A DNA stretch of 64,000 bases, taken from positions 17,174,001-17,238,000 of the forward strand of contig OZ281497.1 of the NCBI GenBank assembly GCA_965637545.1, in the 5' to 3' direction. The notes under the pieces were generated by a model. That model made no database searches. It was not told the origin of the DNA and worked only from the letters and a program-made list of their open reading frames with translations. The first letter of the stretch is position 1. Every line of letters starts with the position of its first letter. The position numbers and the translations under genes were made by a program. Shown piece by piece: positions 22,546-38,143 of the stretch. This stretch comes from Phallusia mammillata (taxonomy: Eukaryota).

Positions 22546-24472
22546 TCTTCTAAAGACTGGCCTTTGGACTTGTGCATGTTTTGTCTTGTGCCTGTGATGA
22601 GTACACCGTCATTTGGTTTTGTAATTGGGAACGGTTTCACATTAATGCTTATGTTTCTATGCGACGGTTTACTGCATGCACTTCTGGCCCTGTAAAGTCC
22701 GTTCTTTTTGTACAGTAAACATGACTAGAGATATTAATTGTGCTTTCGTTCATCACATTATGTATTTCGCAATCTGTTCGTGTTATTGTGCCTACATGTG
22801 TTTAATCCAGAGCATTTTGCTGCAAACAACATTCGGCTATTGTGCCGTTTGATATTCATTGACTGTTTGATGTTGGCAATCCCGTGTAAATAAAATTTGA
22901 GAAGAATTATAGTTTGCGTTTGTAGTCTCGTTTCAGAAAAAGTGCAAAGATAAAACTGAAGAAATTGCAACAGAATTTATTTCTTACAAATAACAATCAA
23001 ACACAGCAACTTGTATGCTCGTGCCTTTGTATAAAAGGTTTTGAATTACATTTGCTACCATTCTACACAGCGTTAGGTCAATTCAATGTTTAAAATTTGG
23101 GTCGGAATTTATATTATTGGCTCTGCAACAGCAAAGGGTGGCGCAGATGGTGGTACAGTGTTTCCACGACCCAAACGATAAAATAATGCTAAACAACTTA
23201 ATGAACATATTGATGTTGTACAGGGTGGCGGGTACATGAGCTGTGGTACCCTTGTATAAACACAACAGGCCGAAAATTGCACTGTCTGGCACCATGCAGG
23301 GGATTGGCAGAACCAAAGCACGCTTAAAAAGCACAAGATTCTTCCTGAGGCGATGTCGCTACTTCCCATGCAAATTGGATACACAAATTCACGCCACAAA
23401 CTACTGCCCTTGGTGCTGTTTGAAATCATGTAGTTTGAAAGTTGTCAAAACGTGATTTAAGAACATTTGCATTAGATTACAAAGAGTTGCAAACTTGAAA
23501 GAGAATGATCTTAGGCCCTCGTTTTGTCATTGTTTAGTTGTTCCCAGCGTTTTAGGAACGCGATAAACAAGCCCGTATTGTATGTCCGAATATTAAAAAG
23601 ATCAAATGAGCCGACTCGGTTGGCAAACCCACATGACGATGAACGTAAAACAGCGAAACGCAAACACAAAAACAAACAATGCATGCCCTGTGTGCTTGCA
23701 CATTCGCGGACTTGAAACAAAGACGCGACTTACTCTGCTTAAGATATTTTTCAGCAACTATTAGCTTTTCTTTCATGTACTTGCAGATTAGCAACAGGTT
23801 AAAAGTTGCATTTCTTGTAATGCCTCATCTAACCTCAAAACTTAACAATATACAAACTGTGATCCTCAGTTTTACGCATTTTATTGGAGAGAGGGCGCTC
23901 AAGAGTAGCGCGACGACAACCGACCACACAGAGATCACGTGACAACGACGATCTGCGGCTGGCGCGCGCGCAAAGTCAAACAAGTAAAAAAAATAAGAAT
24001 GCGGGCCAGATCACGTGTGTTTGTCGTGGCAATAAAACATAAAAGTAAGTTGATATTATCTGTTTTAAATTTTGAGACATCAGTTAGTTCATTAATTTTA
24101 CCGGTGCGATACAGTTCGATTTTGGTTCACAGGGATTTATGTTGGGGCACAGTCTTGAATAGCAATATTCGTTCACAGCGCGACCATGGGCGTTGAGTTA
24201 ACGGCAATATATATATATGTATGCTAGGAAGGTGGTTGGACGTCCAGCCAGCTGGACAACCTTCCGGCAGAAGACTAGACTGCCGATGCTGACATTTAAC
24301 AAGCGAAGCAAAAAAATAAAGGTTAGAGCGCGGAAACACAGCAATTGAAAGGTTAGTAAGCCGAAAGAAATACGTACAGTGTGTAAATTAAATAGTTGCA
24401 GAAAGTCATAGAAAATACGCGTTTTACAAAACATGGGATGGAACTCAGTTCGTGAGAAGTCCGCTGCGTTCA

Positions 24473-27400
24473 TTACACCGACTCTTCGAAGTCGTTACCC
24501 CGCCAAGGTAGTCCGTCATCCCCCGCAATAGTGACGAAATCACCGTTTACTTGTGACGCCACTTCTGCATCGTTTTTGCAAACCCGTTCAATTAGGTCGC
24601 TCACGAGATTTGCGACGATGACGTCATCTTTCGCAGGTTCGCATTTCGCGTCCGCGTTACTGATCGTAGTGACGGCGGTTTTTGATGACGTTGGTTTTTC
24701 ATGCGCCCACGTAATGCTCGGTTGGATGAGCGGGAGGCAGGTGAACGATGAGAACGAGGGTGTGGAGGAAAGACGGGTGGGAGATGGAGCCGTGATCGAT
24801 TTGAAAAGCGGTGAGACAGATTCCTCTTCGACAATCGGGAAGTTGCGAGAAGTGTCGGATGCGGCCGGGTGCTCGGGAGAGTCAATGAACAAGCTTGGGA
24901 TCAGATGGTGTCGCTTGGCATCCATTGCGAACGTCAATCCGACCGGTTCAGGAGGCGATACCTCCTCCTCTTGTACTGATGCCTCAAGACGTTCGCGAAC
25001 TCGTTCTAAAGTGTTTGACTCGACAATTGTCTCTTTTCCTAGAATACGCGAAGCAATGGAGGATGAGGAGCTGGAAAGATCAGGTGTTGATCTGGTCGGA
25101 TGCAGACTGTTGTGATGCCTGGGTTGTGACTCAATTGAAGCTGAGCGCGCGCTGTTAAACATCGAAGTGTTTCTGCCAGTGGGTGGCTTGGTAGTACAGC
25201 TCTCACTTCGAGCAAGAGCGCTGCCGGTTTTTGATGCGCGGCGCGGAAAATTGGCAAGCAACGTAATCGGCGATGACGTCAGACTTCGGCTTCTTCGACA
25301 AGGACTGTTTTTTCTTGTGGTTACTTTCGTTCTGTACTGAACCTCGGCGATTGGGGGTACCTCTGTTGCGGGGCCGCCCTCTGGTTCTTTGTAGATCATA
25401 GTGTTGCTTCTCCTTCTCGACAAGGGTGATTCGAGGCGGAACTTTTTCTGCTGGTCGACTTTCTCTTTGCTCGAGGTCCGGCTTACGGCGTTGGCGGTCA
25501 TGCTCCGACCTCTCCATCCATGCTCGTCGCCCTTCGTTGAGGAAGAACGCTTCACGCTGCCCTCCGACGATTTGTTCGACTTCGAAGAGTGGTTACGACG
25601 GGAAGTCGATGACTCAGATCCGGTGGAAGCTCGCTTATCTCCTTGGCATTTAGCCACAGCATCCAGCAAAGAGTTTATCCATTGTTTACGATCATGCTCG
25701 TCGGTGGCAATCAGAGTGTACGAGGAATTGTGTTCTTCCGAGCGAACGCGGAACGAGTGTTTGGCTGCAAAACAAAGCATACTGTGGTCAGACAAAGTGC
25801 AGTGACATAGCTGTTAAAACGAATCACATAAGAATAAAAAAATAAAAGGAGAAGGTGTACAGCAATATTAAATTTATCTGCAAATAGACCAACAGAAGCC
25901 TAATCGACTGCTAGTACTTGAGCCGACCCGAAAAGGTCCAAACCGACCGCAATGTTTATTCACCTTTGTCACTGCTGAGGATTCCTCCTCTGAACGATCC
26001 ACTTAACTTTCCGCCTTCCTCTGAATCGATGGTAAGTGATTTAAGCGGGATGGGCTGGCGGTAAACTTGGTAGGTTAACTTGCCACCCCTGGTCGCGTTT
26101 CTGGTTAAAACCAAGGCCAAGTCGAACAGGAAAACGTGAAGTTTCTGTCAAAAAAGGAAAAACTCATTCAAGAACTCCATACATTGACTGTTGAAAGTAT
26201 CTTATAGACATGGTGCCTGTGTATGGTCTGTATGCTAAAATTCCTTTGAATTACTTGGAAAACTGTGTACTGTCTATGATATTTCCATGTAATATATAAC
26301 GCAACATGCAGTTACTCACCGTTCCTCTGTTCGTTTTTAATTGACCGGAACAGAGAAGAAATCGGCTCTCCTCAACAAACGAGCATCTCTGTTTCTCGTC
26401 CAAGTATTCCAGTTTACTTTGGAAAAAGCGGGATTGTCTTTCCCCTGTCAGATCGTCAACACGGGCGATGATGTCATTAATGATAACAAGCTGCAAAATA
26501 AACATGCTTTTTTGTAAATTTAAGTTTGCTGAAACTGTCACAACCAAACATTGGGACACCATTGCAAATCCGAAAGCATGAATGACCAATGTTGTATTAC
26601 AAGTAAGCGTTTCAAGTTGAATGTCAATTATTAACAGCGCAATTAAGAATGCAAAAAAATATATCGTAAATTAGCAATAACCGAAGTAGACAGTTTTGAT
26701 TAAACCTATTTCGGGCGCACTTGCAATAATAGTCGGGCGACGCGAGTAATTTCATTCACGCATGTGGTTGGCAGTGAACATATGGCAAACTGGCGGGATA
26801 TATTATTTATGCGCAGACACATTAAGCAACTTAGCCTTGTCGGTCGCGATCCAGTTTTTAAACACACAGAACTTTATTGCTCCAAGCGGGAACAAAGTTT
26901 CTCCACACAAGGTGGTAATTTTAATTTTCCACAAACGTCATTGATGGCGCGATGTAACGGGATTATGGCAATTACCGGATTGTTAAACTTTCCACGATGG
27001 CCAGTTGCTCATACACCACTCACGTATTTAATAACCCACTCAATTGCGTTTGATTGACCACAAAACAGAGTGGGTAGAACGGTTCGAGCTTGTTTTAACC
27101 CACATTCGATTGAAACAAGTTGGGAAAACGCATCAGTAATAGGGTGGGGGCGACTAAAATTGTTACGTTGGCGCAAAGTGGATTAGCGCGTCATCAGGTC
27201 TGGTGTGTGACGAAACGGATTAAGTTAGGCGTCTGTTGTGTGTTTTTTTTCATTAAAGGCTGCAAGGCCGCCCGTCGGGGATCAGGACAATATGCTGTGG
27301 TTATCTATGATGACGTTATCTGTCAGCTGAAAATATTTATCGTCAACGTAAAGCCACCAGTGACGTTTTACATGCAGGGAGCTTGGTTGTAAGCTTTTCC

Positions 27401-30400
27401 CATGCATTTAAAGTCAAAATTCAGCCCTATGTGTCACCATATGGCGTGCTTAACAATTTTGACTGGGAGATCATAACGCAACGAAAATACAACATTTGGT
27501 TGTAGCGGCTCTTGGGAATGATTTTAAATAACAAGGTACTTCATCCTCTCCTGACACTAACCCGACTTGTAACCACGTCATCTGCATTCAACTGCGTCAC
27601 TACCGGACCACGTGACTTAAGATTCAGCGCACGCGACAAGCTTACGAGACACATAATACGTATTTGGACAGGTTTTGAATTCACCTGCTTTGAATACTTG
27701 TACAAGAATACTTTGAGTAGTATAACACGTTTTCTAACGTACCATAACATATGTGATGGTTTCTGTTGGGTATTTATAACGATATAATCGATTCGATCTT
27801 GTTACAATATTGGTTCGCTCCTTCAATAATAAGGTACGGTATAAATTTTTTGGCTTGTCCAAAATTAGCTATAAGTAAAGTACGGTCTAGGAACTTACCG
27901 CTTTCTCAAGTCGTTCATGATCCGGGTGATCGATAGGAGTTGACTTAAGAATGTTCTTGAGCAGGAGGGGGTACTTGACCAGTCTTGACCTCGGCAGATC
28001 CAGGTAAGACCAAAGATCGAGCTTGCGGCTGAAGGGTGAAGCCAAGCAGCGCTGCAAAAAGTCGCGCACCCGATCCTCTCTGCTGATCACAGCGTCCAAA
28101 GTTTCCTTGGCGTCTGACTGATTGGCGCAATACTCCTCGTAGGGCGACAACGTGGGAAACTGCATTGAAAGTATGTGTCAGAAAACATAATGGCGTACCA
28201 AATCGAATTGAATTGCAAGCCCCATGCTCAGTGTTTTTTTTAAGGTGTTTTGTTTTTTTTAAGGTGCAAATTTCTCCAGCGGTTTCCCAAAATTTGCCAG
28301 TAGCCTAATAAATAATTCGTTTAAGCAAATATGGCTATTTTTTGGTATTTAAATGAAACACTTGCGGTCTCTTAAAACTACTAAGCGGTCACCCAAACCA
28401 AACCTTAAAAACAAACCTGCCCATGCTATTTAAGAGGAAACACCGATCTGTTACGTCATAGTCGCACGTACAGCGTGTATTGACGTGTTAAATAAATGCG
28501 AGGTTGCAGGCTATGTTTCATGCAGCTACTAATACGTCGACGTTTAATTGTGTTTGTTTTTTCTAGATCCAAAAACTTACCCAGTCGATGAACACGTGGC
28601 CAATTTCTTCACTTCTTCCGTCCTCCGATCTCCCTCCCTCAAGACGAGCGAGGAGATCTTCATGAAGAGGAAGAAGACAGTCAAGTTTGCCGAAGATTCG
28701 GCCAACCTCTTCTTCAGTGAGCATTTTTAAAGTGACCATCGAGTCTCGGTAAGTCTGAAGAAAATGAATTTGACTTTAGTTTTGGGGTCAACTGGATGAG
28801 TTTCGTTTCTCAAAACAAGCTTCAACAGTCTTATGGCTTCCATGATTCAGGGTATATTTTGAGCTTAGTACAACTTTCATAATGCGAGTTTCGGTGGAAT
28901 TTCTTTTAGAATGGCTATAAGTCATTTAACGATACGCATGGGCGCCGCCACGTAGGGGCAAGAGGGGGCACTTGCCCCCCCTTGGAATTTCAGTGTACCT
29001 CAATTTAACATATTTAGCAGCAAACCTAATTAAATTGGCAACGCGGGGATTTGTGACATCGTTCAATGCTCTAACTTTTAGGCAACTCAATTGTGAAGTA
29101 CACGATTTATGGCTTCATATGATTTATGGCTATAACAAATTCTTGATGCGGTAAAGTATCAGCCAAAATTTGCCCCCTCTTGCAAAATTTTCTGCCGGCG
29201 CCCATGACGATACGCAACTGTTGGGGTGTGGCACCAACACTGCCAAATGCGGCAAAGGTCTATCTTGGGTCTGGTGTATATCCTGTATGCAGATTATAAG
29301 CAACTAACAATGGCCATTGCGCAGTTTATGCATACAAGCATCAACGCAAAATCGATTTTTGTTAAGCAACCAACTATGCCCTATTATAAAAAAGATTTTT
29401 TTACTGTTATTTTGTGAAACAAACCGACAATTCTTACCTGTTTGGCCAATCGCAGATCCTGCACAGTATCGCATTCTCCCTGGTAAAGCTCAAAAATCGC
29501 TTCTTGTCGTTTTAATTCCTGTTCATTGAGCCCAGCGTGGTCGAAAGTCTCGCACCAAAGTCGACTACGTCGGTTCTTGTTGGCGCTGTTGTTGCGTTTA
29601 CCCGGTGTTTGACCTGAACTCTGTTCTCCATTGCTTGGAGCGCTGCCAGGTGGGCGATACGGCTTGAAAGCTGGCGTTGTAGACTCCTTAAAGCTCGATG
29701 AACGCTGTTAACAAAAAAATATTGTTATTTCGGATCTTACTTACATGTTAAATTTACTTCAGGAAATCTCACATACCAAAAGTGATTTAACCAGCCTTGA
29801 TAATAATGTGTGCCTTAACATAGCAAACACCATTTGATCGTTTTTAAACAATGTTCGTTATGAACATAAGGCCTCGATTACGTCATAATGCCCATCGTGA
29901 CCTACATAGGGTTACGTAAAGATTACAGAGTTGCTTTGGCACTGGTCCGGGATTGCGATTTAATCAATTCCAGTCAGCGAACTGGCATGATGGATGTGCA
30001 GCAATTGCCTTGTTTGGAGATACTACACATAATACGTATACACGGCGGACAGCCAACTATCCAACACAACAAACGGGATTCCAACATTCTACCGCACATA
30101 AAGTCAGAACCATTGCAATAATTTGTTACGCAGCTCTCATTCGCAATAAACGCATGTATTTTTTTGTTCGAGAACACGAGTCACCGTAATCACATACAAA
30201 TTCCATCTGGAATCTTCAAACAGTTCTGTGCCAGTCGCTTAAAATTTACCGAAATCGTTTCCTCGAAAATCCGTTCTTCGTGAATCGTCATAATCTGTAA
30301 AGTCTTCATGAAGGACTTCAAAGTACGTACAGTGCTGTCGCTTAGCAACAACAGCTCATTGAAACTCATTAATATTTTGACTTAACTGTAGCTAAAAAAT

Positions 30401-33400
30401 AACAACATAACAATACTCTATTAACTTTACTTGACAAAGCTTAAAGTTGGACTGCCTTAAGCATGTTCACATATACTCTGAGCCCTTTAACTGAAACTAA
30501 ACTACAGAAAATCGCACTGGTCACTGAAAGTAAGCCACTGAAAGTAAATGAGACCGCAGGTTTCGTTTTCTGCACGAACGGTTCACAGTCATGACGTGCC
30601 CTCTCATCCTCAACGTCACAATACGCAAACAAACGCTGTATTGTGAGTGGCTGAAAAAAATTAAGCAAATGGCATTAAACGAAACGAAATTGGTATTTTT
30701 AGGACAGAAACATAGTCCCGCTGTTGTTATTCTGCATGGAACCATGTTTTACAAGCAAAAACCTTGTTCTAATAAAGAGCAATCATTCACTTTCATTGAC
30801 TGAACTCTTCACACAACTAAACTCTTTCCAAACTTTCAAAACTCACATTCCAACCCAAACCCAGCTCAAAATCCCCAAATTATGAGTAACCCAACGCGTA
30901 GTATCATTAAACCCATCTGCCACAATTCACAACCCGAATAAAACTGATGCTGGCGTGGATGTACTGAGCATGTCACATTTCGAATTGCACTAATCCCACG
31001 ACATCCGCGGCTCATCTCATCACGACAGCTTTCTGTTCTACAGGAGAATCACGACTTGGACGGAGGCTAACCACTAGCACACACACATCGCGTCACTAAT
31101 TGTCAGTTTGGTGAGATCGCTTGTCGGTAATTGATAAACTGTTTGCGGATGATTGCGAACAAATAATGGAAAGTAGGCCGACTCGAGACAGTTTACGAGA
31201 CCTTCTTTTCCCTGACATACCTTCATGCAAAATCTAAGTACGTACATATGATGCTGTACTGAAAACGATATGTAAATCATCTGTATTATTGTTCTTGTTT
31301 ACTCCACCATGCCATTGATGGTGGAATAGCTGTCTAAAATGAGCTTTCAACTCCGGAATCGAAACAAAAGTTTGCCTGAACTAAAATACACTTGAATGTG
31401 GTTCTGAATCTCAACCCTAAACAATGCATTTCATATGCAAAGTATTCCTGTTTTAACCCTGCTTCCTGGTACGGACCACCTTTTGCCATCAGTCAAATAA
31501 CAATACCCATCTTAAGCAGTGAAATAGGGCATTAACTCGTCTCGAGACGTAGTCGATATACGTGTGTTATGTCATAAACAAAAATCAGACAACACTGTAG
31601 CGTCGCCAAGCGTTGTCACAAAACATGGCTAGTGTCTGTCTCAAAAAGATTAAAACTGGCTAATGACGATTGACGGCGATTGTGATGAACGCTTAATCGC
31701 CCACCTTTATTACATCACAACACGTTGTTTATCGCTTCTATCAGGTGGTGTGGTGATGTTACGAATAATCTATATGCGGTAGGCGGATTGAAAACAACAG
31801 GTTTTGCGAGGGCAGGTTATTAAAATTGACCATGACGTCACCCAAACGTTGATGTCATTCGGCTACATTAGTTCAACCGGTTTCAATGGATTGGAACACC
31901 GCGACGTTTCAGGCACAGTGTATGTAGACAAAGTCGAAGCAAGGGTTTATTACTTTTGGCACGCACAACACTACAGGGGTAACGTTTTCTTAAATATAAG
32001 CCTTAATAAATTACAGCTCCTTCCGCTTGTGCCAAGCACGACATTCATTACGACGTGATTAACAGCAATTTTGAACCTAGTTACTAACACAGCGTTGTTC
32101 AATAACAAGGGTATTTTGTATTACACTGTTAAATATTACCACCATACTCGCGGTAAATAAAACAAAATAAATCAAAGTTTAAAACACGCAGAAAGCTTAC
32201 TACAAACACGCTTTTTAAAGGGTTGAATATAGGGATTTTTTCAACAGTTTAACAAATTACCCTTAGCTGTTGTAGCTTCACGCAGGTTTAATGAATGTTT
32301 ATTTTTAAATATCTCGGCAGAAATCAATGTCTCTTACCTGGACTTTTTTACTGCCGGGTTTTCCGGGGGAGATGAGGTTGGCAAATGAGGCAACCGACTT
32401 GCGAAGCGTTTTCACCCTTTTTGAACTCGGCTCCTGATAATAAATATATACTGGGGTCAGCGCATAACGCATGTTTTGCTTACATAATATCACGCATAAT
32501 GAATAAACACAAAATTCCAACAAAAACGAATAGAAGTGTGTCTGTGTACGTGCGTAGTATCAAAGACATAAATCTGATTATGTTTGTCTTAGATATATTC
32601 TAACCAGTATCAGTCCCGACAGGTGCATGATGTGTATAGGGCGGTGTAAAATACCCCCAATAAATATTTCAGTTGGTGCAGACACGTCATTTTCAGATTT
32701 GATCTAAAAGAAAAAGCCAAATAACCCGTCTTGGAGACACCTGACACTACTGAGACCTCGTTTGAACCAAAGAATTCTGAAAATTCACCCAAGGGTGTTT
32801 GGCCTCTGGGATACTGATGTTTTATAGAGGAGCGGCCTAAATGTGACAGATGGATTTCTTGCTTTGATACGAAGTCAATTTACGTCACCGAAAGTCTGTC
32901 ACCTCCCTTGCTTGGACAGTTTTGGTGGTCTCAGCCAATTTGCATCGACCAGCATTTTTGTATGTTTTAAGGTTAAGAAAGAATGAATAAGCGTTGAATG
33001 TACGTTTTGCTAAAAATCATCAGAGGTTAAAAGAAAACTTGACTTTTTGGTACAGTTTTGTTTGGATTAGATTTTGTTTGCCTGATTGGTTTCGAAACAA
33101 GCGTGTATGGCTTACCAAAGCCTGCTTAAACTATGTGATGCAACATAACACCTTACACTGTAAAAGACATCATTGTGTTCCTGTAAAATGCCGCGGTAAG
33201 CTGTCTATTTAAAACACGCTTGACATTGGCAAAAATCCACATAACAGTAAGGCAATAGAAAATCTGATCACGGCAACCGCTTGAGCGTCTTATGTTCCAA
33301 AAAGAGAATGTCTCTTGCGACCCAAACGAGAATAAACGTGGCCTGCGCATGTTTGGACAGTAAATATTAGGTTGCGTCTTTTGCGTCATTGCCTTGGCCA

Positions 33401-36400
33401 GATTAAGAGTGGGGTTATGTCGGTGTATTTAGACGCGACTGAAAAACTGTACCGGTGAAATTACTTATCGGTTTCTGCACACGGCACATTGTTGATAGAT
33501 CGGGGTTGTAAGCATCATCTTATCGCCAGTATTCCATAAAATTTCATAAGAAAACGAGTGCGCTTAGACAACACCCTTTGCCGGAATAGGTCAATACAAG
33601 ACATGCCATTTTACGTTGGTTGTCGTACAGGTCGCATCGGGCGAGTTCAAAGCCTGATATTTCTTGTAACCCAACAAGGCGCACTTTGGCACCATTTTCT
33701 TAATGGCCGCAAGAACAAGAATCGAACACTCGGTTTAAGCATCAATCACTTCAAAGATTATAATGTCATCTCTCAGCACACGAGCCTAAAGGCGGAAGCA
33801 GGCCCCAGCAATACTGACGTAAATGCCAGAGAAAGTGGCTTCTTGCGATGTACGCATAGTACATTATCCAGAGATGACAAAATTTGTGTCTTATGAACAA
33901 AAAAATGGGGGTGTTTTTCTGTCGATATCCCTGGTCATCTTCTGTATAGATCACACCATTTAAGAGTCCTAGATTTTCTCGGAAAATGAGAGGGTACTGA
34001 TGGCGTCACGAGGTCCACTCACGAAATTAAGTGTCAACTATTGTAAATCTTCGTGGCAGTAGCCGCTTTAAAAAAATCGGATGAGGTTTCTCGTAACCCC
34101 ATTGTTAACGCCAGGGAAGTTAAGTTGACATGTTTAACATTGACATTGTTTTCAAACGGTTCCTAGTTTACTGCCATGTAACTCACTATTGGTCCTGCCC
34201 AATGATGAACGGCGGTAACCACCTGCTCGCTAATACACACAAGATAGCCATAAAGATATGAAAGTATTTCCCACTGATGTGGATTAAAGTGGCAGTTTCC
34301 TCCCCTGCTGGATTCGGGCGCCGAGAAGTCGCCATCAAAAATGGGTCAATTGTTTTGGCCTGGGGGTGGCCCATTGTTACGTAAACCATTGGTGACGTAA
34401 GGCTGTGATACCAAGCATGGAATGACGCAGGTAGCTGCGGAGATCAGTCGATAAGGACTTCTGATAATCCGCGGAACTTTGAAAATCTTCGTGTATTGGC
34501 TCAGTTAAAAAGGTCAAACGAAGACTTCTGTGAGGAATTTTTCGTTGCCAGGATTTCAATCACGTGAAAAGGTTTTGTTGCTGCGGCGTTTGTAAAATCT
34601 TTGCTTGTACAAAAACTTAAATCATCATTACAAACAGTTTTTCGCGTGTCACCCATCGGAAAACACAGGATTCAAAATAACACTGACAGGGGGCATGTTA
34701 AAATCCCCGCTATTATGGCACGGATGCATTCTACATACAAAAGCTGTTTTGCAAGACAAGACATAATCTACAAATCGGAAAAGACCCATTACCAATGACG
34801 TAAGACACCAAAACTGTGACGCAACAAAGACAAAGTAAATTAACCCAATACCGTTTTCTATTCCTAAAGGGCAATGCGTCATATTACAAAGACTTAGTGC
34901 TGTAATTGAGAAGTTTACACTGGAGAATAGCATGATTGGGCCTTGTCTGGTTGTGAGTTTGAGCCGTCGGGTGGGAATTTGTGGTTTTATGATTTTTTAA
35001 GCGTTGCGTTGTCAACTTTGGTATGTATGCAAAACTTCTATATTGTGAGGCTAAAAAACATTTACTTGTACTGCTTATACATTAATAATTCGACCGATTG
35101 TGTAAGCATTTATGCAAATGGGGTCAATTCTTAGAAAGAATTTATTTTAGATCAACCAACGGGAAGTGACTCAACAAAGGGAATGGGCAGTATAGATTAT
35201 TATTAAAAGACTGAATTTACATCCCACTGTGGTCAAACGCCGAATCAACGGTGCGGGTGCCGATCAGCTTCCTGTGTGGCACACAACTGATTACAAACCT
35301 TTACTGAATGTGAATCACGCTATCCACACATTAAAACCACAAACTGTGATGTAATCCGGATGTTAGACTGGCCACCGTGACACGAACTAAACCAGAGGTG
35401 GTGATTGGTTAACGTATGGACAACAATTAGCATTTTGGTGATTGTGCCCCATTGTGTAAAACTATTTTTGGCAACGGAAATTGATTTCGGTGGCATTTAG
35501 AGTTGAATCGGGTGTTGTGTGGTTTGTTTGTTTTTTTCTCTGTAAGGAAGTGACTGCATCTCTCCATGCAAATGCGTCTTGTCAGTATCGAAACCTATAC
35601 CATCACTCACATTTTATGCTGCCAAGTTTCCTTATTCGACAAAGCTGTTAAGTAATCAATCACAAATGAAACGATTTTTTACATGGAGGACACGAAGCAG
35701 AAAAAACTCTACCGCGAACTAGGCCCTTTAAGTTAACTAAGCTTCTTGTGGGTTTTAAAGCACATGGAATTTTTGATCGCAAAGTTCCTGTGGTTTAAAC
35801 ACGCCATGTTAAATGGGCTTAGCTGTATTATATTTGTCTGCTGTGGCATGCCACCAATACCGATATTTTGATCCGTCGTGGATTAAACTGTAAAACCCCG
35901 AGGCAGTGCAAACATACACAAAAACATTGTTCTGGTGTCAAATGAAGCTGCTGTAAAAACGAATCTACACTGGTCCCTGTCACATTTTATTGCAAGCTTA
36001 CCTGGTTCTGATTTGACTTGTTAGTTTCGCCACTAGAAGGCACACTTTCCGATGAAGCCAAGTACATATCCAAAAACTCATCGTCATCCAAGTTGTACAT
36101 GTCCTTGTAGGTTTGGTGAGCGGCAAAATGCGCCCCTCGTACATCGTCCACACTCGTGCAGTGCGACGAGTAGCGCTGGTAGAATAGAGCTTCTCGAAAT
36201 CGGGCGCGTGCTTCAAACTCGCTGCCGGGGATGTAGGAGTGCTTAGTACCGGGTTTGGAGAAGAGTGAAGTCGATCTCCATCTGAGATCTTCACCACGCA
36301 TCTCGCCGTAGGTGGGAAGATCCTCCATGTTTAGAGACATTACTTGTTTGCGCCTGTCGGAGGTTAGAAGATCGGCGCTCGCTGACTTGGTATCCAGTTT

Positions 36401-38143
36401 CTTCGTACGTCGGTTGTGGTGTCGCCGCAGCACCACGCCTGGGTAACCTATTGCTCGCTTGATCGGCGAATCAACCAGAGCCGGATCTGTTTTAGGATCG
36501 CCACTGAGAATCACTGAAGACCGAGGCCGAGAAGCGTTATCAGTGTGTGTTTGATCCGGATCAGAAAAGCGGACCGAGCTCTTTGTGCTGCTGGTAGATA
36601 TCGAACTGTCTCTGTTCTGGGTTACAATACCGACTGGAGCAAAGAGCTGGGGAAGTGAGGCGTAAATAGTGCTTGCAATAGCGGACTTCCGCAGCCCCTG
36701 TCGCTCCGGCTGGTGTCGATCGAGTCTCCGCGGGAGTGTCTGAGCCGAAACGCTACCTCGCATCGTACGTTGGTCAATAGCGCTCAACGAACCGCCGAAG
36801 AGTGCCGATGCGCCGATCGTGGAAGCGTCCGAAGTGCTGTTGGTGGTGCTGTCATCGTAAAACTCGTGGGAGCCGGTGCCTCCGTATGTGGATGCTGAGG
36901 TATAAGCGGACGAAGCGACACTGGTCGGAGTGGAGTACGGTCGATCCCGAGAAGAGGATGCTCGCGTGCGGATGATAGTGGTGATCGGTGGTAGAGGAGG
37001 ATCAGTGTCCACAATCGAGATCTGGACGTCGGAAGAACGACGGTGGCCCTCGCTTATGCTTGATCGCATTCTGTGGCAGTGAGAGCACTCGCTCATGAGA
37101 GACTCAGACAAAGTGGAACTTATTAGACTACAAGAGTCATGCGTAGAGGTCGACCCCGATTGCATGCGACTTGCTGGTTCATGGCGGGGTGTGGCCTCTT
37201 CCTCATCAATCCTGTCACATACTTCGAAGGCACGGAGAGTGGATGCGCTAGCTTCATCCTCCTGCACCATGGACGAGTTTGATCGATTTCTCTTCTTCTT
37301 TTCCTGTTGATCGCTGTCATTCGAACTTGTTGATCTCTGGCTGCGAATCGAGGACTTTCCGCTGTCAGACTTTTTCTTGTTCTTCTTTCCCTTTCGTCCT
37401 TTTAAGTCCTTCAGTCGGAACGACCCGCGTGTGCTGCTTGCAGCAGAGGATTCTGATCCCGCGTCGCCATCAGGGGAACGGGACATGGTGGAACGCCGGA
37501 AGAATCGGAAGATGCTAAAATCCATCGCAAGGGTTCTCGGTCTTCTGTCTCCGTTTGGCTGGAAGAGGGCTGACGGATCCGTTCCACGAGGTAAAGTGCA
37601 TATTGCTGGTGGTGCGGTGGTGTTGTGGTGGTCAGCTGAAGGCGGCAATATCACATCACGTGATTCGGAAAACTCCTGAAGTGCTTGACCTCCGAAGGAT
37701 TCCACCAGCGACCATGGGCGACGCGAGGACCATCGACTGTGCGAGGATGAAGATGCAGATGAGGCGGTGCGGGAACTGGACTCAGATCCAGGGAGTCGCG
37801 GATCGTCATTTGAATTTTTGCTAGTTTTGTTCGGTGAGCGAAGATGCGAATTTTCGTCCGAATTCACAGATCTCGATGGACGCCTCAATACAACTCCGTT
37901 TGAGGCGACAGCTGTGTTAAGGCCATTGTTCAGATTGGTTTGATTGCTACTACCGTTGTTTTGTTTTTCTTCATTAGGGGCGTATCTGTTCTTCTTCCCC
38001 TTCTTTCTCTGGTTGCTTCGTTTGCGAACCTCGATGCTTTGATCGACTGGGGGGTCTGGGATCTCAGATGGCTCCTTAGAGTCAAGGTTTGTGCTGGACT
38101 TCTTTTTCTTTGTGCGGTTGCTGAAAAACTTTTTCATCTTCAT
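24473..38143 (-). CDS. NET1: NET1/ARHGEF3-family RhoGEF (DH-PH) with long disordered N- and C-terminal extensions, about 1527 aa
   Basis: Exons 38143-36002, 32433-32338 (EPSSKRVKTL...SFANLISP), 29704-29438 (LWCETFD...KRQEAIFEL), 28754-28581, 28159-27899 (FLQRCLASPFSRKLDLWSYLDLPRSRLVKYPLLLK), 26490-26320, 26144-25964 (YQVYRQPIP) and 25764-24473. All GT-AG, 4584 nt. The C-terminus EESV is a class I PDZ-ligand-like motif. Likely co-orthologous to NET1 and ARHGEF3. Confidence 0.9.
28937..29206. mobile_element. hAT MITE with 8-bp TSD
   Basis: TIRs CATGGGCGCCG / CGGCGCCCATG. TSD ACGATACG at 28929-28936 and 29207-29214. GCCCCC subterminal motifs. Confidence 0.9.

Noticed and set aside
23109-23429. 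106-aa Cys-rich minus-strand ORF with YPPP/PSAPP between convergent genes
   Set aside because: No recognisable family, signal peptide or splice structure. The overlapping frames are equally open, and it probably lies in 3' UTR or intergenic DNA.
24531-25805. Plus-strand ORFs of 194, 134 and 87 aa
   Set aside because: Antisense shadows of the RhoGEF last exon, with no independent motifs or splice signals.
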